A stretch of DNA of 64,000 nt. It comes from Alphaproteobacteria bacterium UBA998. GTDB lineage: Bacteria; Pseudomonadota; Alphaproteobacteria; Rickettsiales; UBA998. Positions 38,794 through 46,334 of the stretch are shown here, in pieces. The notes below the pieces were generated by a model that worked only from the letters and a program-made list of their open reading frames with translations, made no database searches and had not been told where the DNA came from. The position numbers and the translations under genes were made by a program. Position 1 is the first letter of the stretch, and each line of letters starts with the position of its first letter. The DNA lies in contig DBAY01000026.1 in NCBI GenBank assembly GCA_002291925.1, positions 1,088 to 65,087 on the forward strand, written 5' to 3'.

Positions 38794-39099
38794 TCATATA
38801 GAGTTATATAGGTCTTCCCAGCGCGGATTCATCGTTTCGATGAGAGATATTTTCTTGTTCCGCACCCATCCCTTACGCTGCTTTTCACGGAAAATGGCGG
38901 CTTCCATGGGGTCAGTGACTTCGTAATAGACAAGGTGTTTGCAGTTATATTTCCACGTAAAGCCCTTAATGAAACCTTCCCGATGCTGGCGCACACGTGC
39001 GGCCAGATCGGATGTGACGCCAATATAAAGCACCCCATGAGGCTTGTTCGCCACGATATAGACGGCAGAGAGTTCTCTTTCATACCTTACTTCCGTCAT
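38794..39099 (-). CDS. small GIY-YIG nuclease family protein (UPF0213/YhbQ-like)
   Basis: VYIVANKPHGVLYIGVTSDLAARVRQHREG ... AIFREKQRKGWVRNKK contains the GIY and YIG elements plus the conserved Arg and Glu. An in-frame upstream ATG at 39168 would add MAVILSASEGSPYVARDPALPLT, which is a translation of the hairpin repeat. The 267-aa track ORF is an artefactual extension across ruvA. Confidence 0.8.
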   Translation of the reverse strand: MTEVRYERELSAVYIVANKPHGVLYIGVTSDLAARVRQHREGFIKGFTWKYNCKHLVYYEVTDPMEAAIFREKQRKGWVRNKKISLIETMNPRWEDLYNSI

Positions 39100-39162
39100 C
39101 GTGAGCGGGAGCGCAGGATCTCGCGCCACATAGGGAGATCCTTCGCTTGCGCTCAGGATGAC
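39095..39162. repeat. GTCAT-type hairpin flanking the 5' side of the GIY-YIG gene
   Basis: gtcatcgtgagcgggagcgcaggatctc-N12-gagatccttcgcttgcgctcaggatgac. The GIY-YIG ATG at 39099 lies inside one arm. Confidence 0.75.
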
Positions 39163-39170
39163 GGCCATAT

Positions 39171-39806
39171 TCAGGCGGCCAGGTACCGCAGGCAGAGGGG
39201 AATGATTTCCTCCACTTTCTCCGCGCCGGATTCCTGCACGGCGCGCGCCACGGCGGAGAACGCATCGACGCGGGCATAGCCGAGATTGACCAGCGCCGAA
39301 ATGGCCTCCTGCCGGGCCGCCTGCCCTGCGTCTACCGCCGCCGCCTTGCCCTTGCCGCCCTTGATGGGCTCGAGCGTCGCGGGCACGCTGAGCGCGGCGG
39401 CAAGGGTGGGCAGCTTGTTCTTCAGCTCGGTGATGATGCGTTCGGCAAGGCGCGGACCGACGCCGTTGGCGCGGGTGAGCATGGTCTTGTCCTGCGCAGC
39501 GATGGCATCGGAAATCTCCTGCGTGGAGAGCGCGCCGAGCAGCGAGAGCGCCATCTTGCTGCCCACACCCTGCACCGAGGTCAGCGTGCGGAACCATTGA
39601 CGCTCCGACTCACTGAGAAAGCCGTAGAGATGGATATGGTCCTCGCGCACATGCGTCTCGATCCATAGCGTCACCTCACCTTGGACGTTCTGCAACTGGC
39701 CCAGCGCGCGCGAGGCAGCGAAGACGAGGTAACCAACGCCGTTTATATCAAGAATGGCATGGTCATCTGCCAGAGAATCAACGGTGCCGCGGAGTTTGCC
39801 GATCAT
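39171..39806 (-). CDS. ruvA: Holliday junction DNA-binding protein RuvA
   Basis: Canonical N-terminus MIGKLRGTVD, HhH motifs (LTSVQGVGSKMALSLL, LTRANGVGPRLAERI), and C-terminal domain III. Confidence 0.95.
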   Translation of the reverse strand: MIGKLRGTVDSLADDHAILDINGVGYLVFAASRALGQLQNVQGEVTLWIETHVREDHIHLYGFLSESERQWFRTLTSVQGVGSKMALSLLGALSTQEISDAIAAQDKTMLTRANGVGPRLAERIITELKNKLPTLAAALSVPATLEPIKGGKGKAAAVDAGQAARQEAISALVNLGYARVDAFSAVARAVQESGAEKVEEIIPLCLRYLAA

Positions 39807-39807
39807 G

Positions 39808-39910
39808 GGAATACGGGAATCTGGAATGCACGAATACGAGAATATTATATAAGAGTTTTTCTAAGTTATTCAATTTCTCGTATTCCAGATTCCCGTATTC
39901 GCAGATTCTG
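39808..39910. repeat. long hairpin built from GAATACGGGAAT units, abutting the ruvA start codon
   Basis: gaatacgggaatctggaat(gcacga)atacgagaa - AT-rich loop - ttctcgtattccagattcccgtattc. The element is related to 19591-19707. Confidence 0.75.
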
Positions 39911-39912
39911 CT

Positions 39913-40350
39913 TTACGCATTCTTATTCACATACTCCGCCCATTTCACCGGGGCGTCGCGCTCGCCGTTCAGCCAGCCGAACATGTCCTCACCGCCGATG
40001 GTCATGCCCATCATGATCTCCTCGTTGCCCTCACCCTGCAGCTTCATGAAGGTGGCAAACAGCAGGGGGCCTTCCTGCTCACCGAACACGTCGGTAAACA
40101 CGGCCTGATGCACAACGAACTGGTGCGCGTCCGAATCGATGTTGCGCATGGCGGCCACCGCTTCCGTGAAGCCTGCGACATAGCCGAGCGAGAACGGGTC
40201 TTTGGCGGGCGCGGGCAGGCCCCGCTCGATGCCGTCCATTTCCGTCATCTGCGTACGCAGCGCGCTGGTGAGGAACGAGGCGGCCTGCATGACGATGTCG
40301 CCGAAATTACTTTTAGGCACTTCTTTTTTCCCGAAAAACCGTCCGAACAT
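39913..40350 (-). CDS. hypothetical acidic protein (145 aa) embedded between ruvC and ruvA
   Basis: Its composition matches the surrounding core genes. Its ATG lies 2 nt after the ruvC stop. No motif recognised. Confidence 0.55.
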   Translation of the reverse strand: MFGRFFGKKEVPKSNFGDIVMQAASFLTSALRTQMTEMDGIERGLPAPAKDPFSLGYVAGFTEAVAAMRNIDSDAHQFVVHQAVFTDVFGEQEGPLLFATFMKLQGEGNEEIMMGMTIGGEDMFGWLNGERDAPVKWAEYVNKNA

Positions 40351-40352
40351 GC

Positions 40353-40868
40353 TCAGGCTCCCATCTGTGCCGCGACATACGGCGTGATATGATCATGCTG
40401 CGCGTGGGTGATGGCGATGGCCAGCGCATCCATGGCGTCCAGCCCGTGGCTGCCGCAGCCGGGCAATAGCATCTGCACCATCATGTCCACCTGCGTTTTT
40501 TCCGCACGGCCCGCGCCCACCACGGTTTTCTTGACGAGGTTCGGCGCATATTCACTCACCGGCAGGCCTGCCTGCGCCAGCGAGAGCAGGATGGCGCCGC
40601 GCGCGTTGCCGAGCTTTAGCGTGGCATTGGCATTGACGTTGACGAAGGTTTCCTCGATGGCCGCCACATCTGGACGCAGGCGCAGGATCACCTCCTGCAA
40701 CGCGATATGCAGTGTCAGCAGACGCTGCTCGAAGCGGATTTTCGTATCCGGCCGGATCACGCCGCAATCGACAAATGACAGACGGCTCCCCTCGCGCTCC
40801 ACGATGCCCCAGCCGCAACGGACCAGACCGGGATCGATGCCGAGGATGCGGGTTCGGTGATTGGTAAT
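40353..40868 (-). CDS. ruvC: crossover junction endodeoxyribonuclease RuvC, probable non-canonical ATT start
   Basis: The track ORF starts at GTG 40802 and therefore lacks the catalytic N-terminus. In-frame upstream codons read I-T-N-H-R-T-R-ILGIDPGLVRCGWGIV. No ATG/GTG/TTG occurs between the upstream in-frame TGA and GIDPG. ATT 40866-40868 has a GGGAGA box 5 nt upstream. Confidence 0.75.
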   Translation of the reverse strand: MTNHRTRILGIDPGLVRCGWGIVEREGSRLSFVDCGVIRPDTKIRFEQRLLTLHIALQEVILRLRPDVAAIEETFVNVNANATLKLGNARGAILLSLAQAGLPVSEYAPNLVKKTVVGAGRAEKTQVDMMVQMLLPGCGSHGLDAMDALAIAITHAQHDHITPYVAAQMGA

Positions 40869-40927
40869 GGAAGTCTCCCGTCTATTCTGATGAAACCAAT
40901 AACCAATAACTAATCACCAATAACCCA

Positions 40928-41677
40928 TTACGCATTCAACCGCAGCATAATCTCCTCCGACACCTCGAAATTGGAGGTCACTTCCTGCACGTCGTCATTA
41001 TCCTCCAGCAGGTCGATCAACCTGAAGAGGGCCTTGGCCTGCTCCTCGTCCACCGGCGAAGTGTTCTTCGGAATCCACGCCAGCTTGGCCGATTTCGGCT
41101 CGCCGAACTTCGCTTCCAGCGCGCGAGAAACCTCATGCAGGCTTTCCATCGCGCAGGTGATGACGTGCCCGTCAGCGGAGGATTCGCAGTTATCCGCCCC
41201 CGCCTCGATGACGGCCTCAAACATCCCTTCCTCGCTGGCTACGGAGGCCGGGTACTCGATGCGGCCCAGCCGGTCGAACATGAAGCTCACCGAGCCCGTC
41301 TCGCCCATGCTGCACCCGGTCTTAGTGAAGGCGGCGCGCACTTCGGAGGCGGTGCGGTTACGGTTATCGGTCAGCGCATCGACGATGACGGCGACGCCGC
41401 CGGGGCCGTAGCCCTCGTAGCGCACCTCATCGTAATTGTCGCCGCCCGCCTCGCCGGTCGCCTTCTTGATGGCGCCCTCGATCTTGTCGCGCGGCATGTT
41501 TTCCACCCGTGCTGCCTGAATCGCCGCGCGCAGGCGGGGATTGGCCGCCGGATCCGGCAGGCCGTTCTTCGCCGCCACGGTGATTTCGCGAATCAGCTTG
41601 GTAAACAGCTTGGAGCGCTTCTTGTCCTGCGCCCCCTTGCGGTGCATGATGTTCTTGAACTGGGAATGACCTGCCAT
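40928..41677 (-). CDS. YebC/PmpR-family transcriptional regulator
   Basis: [28 protein letters not shown]. Start trimmed to ATG 41677. Confidence 0.92.
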   Translation of the reverse strand: MAGHSQFKNIMHRKGAQDKKRSKLFTKLIREITVAAKNGLPDPAANPRLRAAIQAARVENMPRDKIEGAIKKATGEAGGDNYDEVRYEGYGPGGVAVIVDALTDNRNRTASEVRAAFTKTGCSMGETGSVSFMFDRLGRIEYPASVASEEGMFEAVIEAGADNCESSADGHVITCAMESLHEVSRALEAKFGEPKSAKLAWIPKNTSPVDEEQAKALFRLIDLLEDNDDVQEVTSNFEVSEEIMLRLNA

Positions 41678-41752
41678 GAGATGCCCGTAACACGAGGTTT
41701 TTCTCAGGCTATAGCATGCAGAGGGAAGCAAGGGCAAGGTCTGCAAGGGCCC

Positions 41753-42709
41753 TTAAGCGGTCATGCCTATTTCGCGGCTGCGCTCCATGCCCGGCGTCGC
41801 CATTGGCGTTAATTCGCCTAGCTCAGCGTAAGAGACGTTTTGCGTTCCATTGGCATCCATTCCAGCCCGACGGAGGTTCTGACCACTTTGGCGCACTTGA
41901 TTTGAGCATTCCGGTGTCATCCAGTTACCGGGATCAACACAATTCTGGTTGGTCAGCACATCTTCACGCATGCGGCGTGTCTCTCCGCTGCGGTACATGT
42001 AATCAGGCGTATCAAGCGTACCATTCTGGTCTCTGTGTATGGCGCGAAGGTTGTCCGCAGGGCGGCGGATGCTGTTGGTAAAACGCTCGTTATCCTCCAT
42101 CATGAATGTGCGTGTGGGCCTGCCCGTCTGACGCGTGAGCTGCTCGTCCAAATCATTGTGGGAAGTAAAATGTTCAGCCCCGTAGACGCCGATGATGAGT
42201 CGGCCATTTGCCTCGCGTGCCGCATCGCGGGCAATCTGCTGGTCGCCTTGAGACGCGGTGATAGCATCGGGAGAAACACGCTCCCTCGTATCCTCAGTGC
42301 CTATTGTTTGGTCATGGTCCATCAGTGGAATACCAAGGCGGCCGGAGTGATAGATAAGTGAGGCGGTTTGTGCAACCTCCTGATCTTCCCGTCCAACATT
42401 GTAGGCGCTTGAACTGATGTGCCCTTCACTCACCAACGCTTCGCGTATCTGGTTTTCAGACATGCCTTGCTGCTGAAAACTACGATAACGCTCAACCCTG
42501 GAAGGCGACGCCTCGAGCAGAATACTCAGATCACGGCCGGAACGCTGTGCCCCCTGCTGAAAAGCCTCTAGCGATTGCGGATCACTCAGCAGCGCCAGAT
42601 GATCGGGATTCTGGTGGTTGCTATCCATGAACATGACGTTGTTGCCCTGCGCCAACTCGCGCGTGACAGCATTGCGGGCACTGCTAAGATCAGCGGTACG
42701 TTCGATCAC
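41753..42709 (-). CDS. hypothetical protein (318 aa), possibly Tiki/ChaN/erythromycin-esterase-like
   Basis: AGGAGG lies 6 nt upstream of GTG 42709. The gene is AT-richer than its flanks. The motifs NNVMFMDSNHQ and IIGVYGAEHF are reminiscent of the two metal-binding motifs of the Tiki/TraB/ChaN superfamily, but this is a weak call. Confidence 0.5.
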   Translation of the reverse strand: MIERTADLSSARNAVTRELAQGNNVMFMDSNHQNPDHLALLSDPQSLEAFQQGAQRSGRDLSILLEASPSRVERYRSFQQQGMSENQIREALVSEGHISSSAYNVGREDQEVAQTASLIYHSGRLGIPLMDHDQTIGTEDTRERVSPDAITASQGDQQIARDAAREANGRLIIGVYGAEHFTSHNDLDEQLTRQTGRPTRTFMMEDNERFTNSIRRPADNLRAIHRDQNGTLDTPDYMYRSGETRRMREDVLTNQNCVDPGNWMTPECSNQVRQSGQNLRRAGMDANGTQNVSYAELGELTPMATPGMERSREIGMTA

Positions 42710-42758
42710 GTAGTTCCTCCTGTAATAGAAGGATATCGAATAAAGGTTAACTTTTATT

Positions 42759-42795
42759 AAAAAAGGCACAGGTTTTTTCGCCCGGTGCCTTTTTA
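42759..42795. terminator. bidirectional-looking hairpin terminator after manC
   Basis: aaaaaggcac-N15-gtgccttttt. Confidence 0.5.
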
Positions 42796-42814
42796 AACTA
42801 TAAAGATTAGCTAC

Positions 42815-44290
42815 TTAGTTCGCCTTCGCCCGCCCGTAGCGGTCTTCGAAGCGAACGATGTCGTCTTCGCCGAGGTAGGAGCCACACTGCACTTCTACGA
42901 AATCCAGTGGCATTTTGCCGATGTTCTCGATGGCGTGCACCGAGCCAAGCGGGATATAGACATACTGATTCTCGGTGAGAATGATCTCCTCCTCGTCGCG
43001 CTGCACACGGGCGGTGCCAGAGACGACTACCCAGTGCTCGGCACGGTGATGATGCATCTGCACAGAGAGTTTCGCGCCCGGTTTTACCTGAATATGTTTT
43101 ACTTGGTGGCGCCCGCCAAGGTCGATCGTCTCGTAGAAACCCCATGGGCGATAGACGCGGCTGTGCTGATCAATAATGGAACCGTCATGCTGCGAGATCT
43201 TATCCAGCAGCTTTTTCACATCCTGCGCACGGTCCTTTTTGGAGACCAGCACCGCATCACGGGTAGACACCACGACCAGATCCTCCACGCCGAGCGCGGC
43301 GATCGGCGCGCCGTCTTCCACGCGCAGGTAGCTGTTTTTTACGTCATCCGCATAGACCGTGCCGGAGATCACGTTGCCATGGTCGTCCTTCTCGCCGATG
43401 CGCCACAACGAATCCCAGGCACCAGCGTCGCTCCACCCACAGGAGAGCGGGATGACGGCGGCGGATTCGGTACGCTCCATGACGGCGTAGTCAACCGAGA
43501 TTTTCGGGGCCCTGTTGAAGGCCGTTGGGTCGAGGCTGATAAACTGGCCCTCAAAACTGGCTTTTTCCACCGAGTCGCGGCATGCCTTGAAAATATTCGG
43601 CTCGTGCTTGGCCACTTCGTCAAGGAACAAATCCACAGGGAAAAGAAACATACCGGAATTCCAGCTATAATCGCCATCAGCGAGGTATTTCTGGGCCGTC
43701 AGCATGTCCGGCTTTTCCACGAACCGGCTGATCTTATAGGCACCCTCGGATTCAAGCGCGGTGCCCTTCTTGATGTAGCCGTAGCCGGTTTCTGCATATT
43801 CCGGGGAAATGCCGAAGGTGACCAGATTGCCTTCCATCGCGGCTTCACTGGCGGCTTCCACGCCTTTCAGGAAGCTTTCCTCGTCACGGATAATGTGATC
43901 GGACGGCAGCACGAGCATCAGCGCCTGTTTGTATTGCGACTGGATGTACATCGCGGCTGCTGTGATGGCCGGCGCGGTATTGCGCATCTCTGGCTCCAGC
44001 ATGATGTCGCAGCGCTCGAAACCGGCAGCGGACATATGGTCGGCGCAGAGGAAGCGATGCTCGACATTGCTGACGATCAGCGGACGCTTCATGTTGCGCG
44101 CGGTTTTCACACGGCGGGCAGTTTCCTGAAGAAGGCTCGCATGCTGGCGGTTCAGCTCGAGGAATTGCTTCGGATATTTCTGGCGTGACATCGGCCAAAG
44201 ACGGCTGCCCATGCCACCACAGAGAATCACCGGAATGATCGGCGGGGTAGGCCTTGTGGAAGCAAGCGGTGTCACAAGTACGGCTTTCAT
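42815..44290 (-). CDS. manC: mannose-1-phosphate guanylyltransferase / mannose-6-phosphate isomerase (type II PMI-GMP)
   Basis: IPVILCGGMGSRLWPMSR, a nucleotidyl-transferase N-domain, and a C-terminal cupin (QMHHHRAEHWVVVSGTA). Confidence 0.9.
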   Translation of the reverse strand: MKAVLVTPLASTRPTPPIIPVILCGGMGSRLWPMSRQKYPKQFLELNRQHASLLQETARRVKTARNMKRPLIVSNVEHRFLCADHMSAAGFERCDIMLEPEMRNTAPAITAAAMYIQSQYKQALMLVLPSDHIIRDEESFLKGVEAASEAAMEGNLVTFGISPEYAETGYGYIKKGTALESEGAYKISRFVEKPDMLTAQKYLADGDYSWNSGMFLFPVDLFLDEVAKHEPNIFKACRDSVEKASFEGQFISLDPTAFNRAPKISVDYAVMERTESAAVIPLSCGWSDAGAWDSLWRIGEKDDHGNVISGTVYADDVKNSYLRVEDGAPIAALGVEDLVVVSTRDAVLVSKKDRAQDVKKLLDKISQHDGSIIDQHSRVYRPWGFYETIDLGGRHQVKHIQVKPGAKLSVQMHHHRAEHWVVVSGTARVQRDEEEIILTENQYVYIPLGSVHAIENIGKMPLDFVEVQCGSYLGEDDIVRFEDRYGRAKAN

Positions 44291-44558
44291 AGTTCAGTAT
44301 TCCCCTTCACGCGTTATGTCTGGTCAAAACGTTCTTTGGAGTTGCCTCAATGTGACATTCTCATTAGCTACGTTTGTTATAAAAATTCCACTAGATTTTG
44401 TGCAGGCGCGAAATAACTTTTTCCCAATGTTGAATTTATTTATGAAGTGGGATGAACTTTTCTGTATTTTCTTAAATGAAATGTCAAACTAATTAATAAA
44501 ATCTTAACAAAAACTTAAAGTATTGTGGCTTGTCGCTGATACGTATAGAGAGGAAACC
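44291..44558. promoter_or_regulatory. strongly AT-rich divergent control region between manC and phosphomannomutase
   Basis: The 268-bp spacer is visibly far more AT-rich than any coding region here (runs such as ttataaaaatt and aattaataaaatcttaacaaaaactt). No ORF is present. Confidence 0.5.
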
Positions 44559-46022
44559 ATGCAATCCAACACCGCCCGCAAGACCATGGAATATATAACT
44601 AAACCTATCGAATCAGGCATTCTCCGCGCCTACGATATTCGGGGCGTGTACGAAGACACGCTGGATGAAGATACGGCGTTCAGTATCGGCAAGGCTTATG
44701 CGACGATTATTGGCGAGCGCAAGAACACCCAAACACCCAAGATCGTCACTGCCCGTGACGGTCGCCTCTCCTCCCCGGCCCTCTCGGAGGCCTTGAAGGC
44801 AGGCATGGCCTCGGCGGGCGCGGAAGTGCATGATGCCGGCCTCGGCCCGACGCCGATGCTTTACTTCGCCGTCTACCACATGAATGCCGATGCGGGCATC
44901 ATGGTGACCGGTTCGCACAACCCGCCCACTCATAACGGCTTCAAGATGACCACCGGCAGCATGCCGTTTTACGGGGACGACATCCAGGAAATCGGCCAGC
45001 GCGCGGCCTCCGACAACCTGCGCGACGGCCACGGCGTCATCGTCAGCCACCCGATGCTGGAAGCCTTCACGGCACGCCTGATGCAGGATTTCCGCCGCGA
45101 AAGCGCCAAGCCGCTCACCGTGGTGTGGGACCCGGGCAATGGCGCGGCGGGCGAAGTGGTGGATCTGCTCGCCGCCCGCCTGCCCGGCACGCATTACACG
45201 CTGAATACGAAAATCGACGGCTCCTTCCCGGCCCACCACCCGGACCCGACTATCCCGGCCAATCTGCAGCAACTCATTGATGAAGTGAAGCGCCGCAGGG
45301 CGGACATGGGCGTAGCGTTCGACGGCGACGGCGACCGCCTGGGTGCCGTAGACGCGGAAGGCAATATCCTCTGGGGCGACCAAATGATGGTGTTCTTCAG
45401 CCGCGACATCCTCTCCCGCCAGCCGGGCGCCTGCATTATCGCCGATGTGAAGGCCTCGCAGGCGCTGTTCGACGACATCACCGCCCATGGCGGCCGCGCC
45501 CTGATGTGGAAAACCGGCCACTCGCTCATCAAGGCGAAAATGATCGAGGAAAAAGCCGCGATTGCCGGGGAGATGAGCGGGCACATCTTCTTTGCCGACA
45601 AATATTATGGCTTCGATGACGGCCTCTACTCTGCCGTGCGGCTGATCGACCTCGTGGCTCATAGCGACGAGACGCTCGCCCAGATGCGCGCCAAGCTGCC
45701 CGCCCTGCTCAACACCCCGGAAATCCGCATCGACGTGCTGGCGGAGCGCAAGTTCGACATCGTCGAGGAAATCCGCACCCGCGTGAAGCAGGACATCGCC
45801 TCGGGCAAGCCGTATGAGCTGAACGAGGTGGACGGTGTGCGCGTGAAATACGGCAATGGCTGGTGGCTGGCCCGCGCCTCCAACACGCAGGCCGCCCTCA
45901 TCGTGCGCTGCGAGGCGCAGGACACCGAGACGCTCGAAGCCTTGAAGGAGATGGTGGAAGCCCAGCTCGGCGCCTCCGGCATCCCGACCGATCTCGACCA
46001 TGTCGAGTCATCCGGTCACTGA
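44559..46022 (+). CDS. phosphomannomutase / phosphoglucomutase
   Basis: Active-site loop VTGSHNPPTHNGFK and metal loop FDGDGDR. ATG 44559 is preceded by GAGAGGA. Confidence 0.9.
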   Translation: MQSNTARKTMEYITKPIESGILRAYDIRGVYEDTLDEDTAFSIGKAYATIIGERKNTQTPKIVTARDGRLSSPALSEALKAGMASAGAEVHDAGLGPTPMLYFAVYHMNADAGIMVTGSHNPPTHNGFKMTTGSMPFYGDDIQEIGQRAASDNLRDGHGVIVSHPMLEAFTARLMQDFRRESAKPLTVVWDPGNGAAGEVVDLLAARLPGTHYTLNTKIDGSFPAHHPDPTIPANLQQLIDEVKRRRADMGVAFDGDGDRLGAVDAEGNILWGDQMMVFFSRDILSRQPGACIIADVKASQALFDDITAHGGRALMWKTGHSLIKAKMIEEKAAIAGEMSGHIFFADKYYGFDDGLYSAVRLIDLVAHSDETLAQMRAKLPALLNTPEIRIDVLAERKFDIVEEIRTRVKQDIASGKPYELNEVDGVRVKYGNGWWLARASNTQAALIVRCEAQDTETLEALKEMVEAQLGASGIPTDLDHVESSGH

Positions 46023-46035
46023 TGGGGCACATCAT

Positions 46036-46077
46036 ATGCCCGGCGCAGAGACACCTCTGCGCCGGGCATTTTTCTTT
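46036..46077 (+). terminator. rho-independent terminator
   Basis: atgcccggcgcagag-acac-ctctgcgccgggcat (15-bp perfect stem) followed by tttttcttt. Confidence 0.8.
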
Positions 46078-46334
46078 CCATCGTTCCGCCGCCTACCCCA
46101 ACCTGAAAATATTTTATCCAACTTACTGATTTGCCCATTGCATCGCATCAAAATTCCATCAATATGGTGCGGCGGATGCGGTGAGGGCCTACCAGATACG
46201 GTAGTATCGACGGGTAGGAAACAAAGGTGGATTAATTTCACCCTTTTTCTCTTAACGCAAACGCAAGGATTTCCTGAGGTTTCCTTAATTGATCCATGCT
46301 AACTTTATACTAAGCCATCCGTAGAACGCCTGCC

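Noticed and set aside
38794..39597. A 267-aa minus-strand ORF spanning the GIY-YIG gene and half of ruvA.
   Set aside because: Only the last 101 (or at most about 124) codons show GIY-YIG motifs. The upstream part overlaps ruvA in another frame and reads as Arg/Gly/Ala-rich junk. The real gene is 38794-39099 (or to 39168).
40893..40926. The CCAATAAC repeats upstream of ruvC as an SOS (LexA) operator.
   Set aside because: The alphaproteobacterial LexA box as I know it is a GTTC-N7-GTTC direct repeat. The words here (GTTATTGG on the other strand) do not match it, so the repeats are recorded only as an unexplained feature under the ruvC finding.
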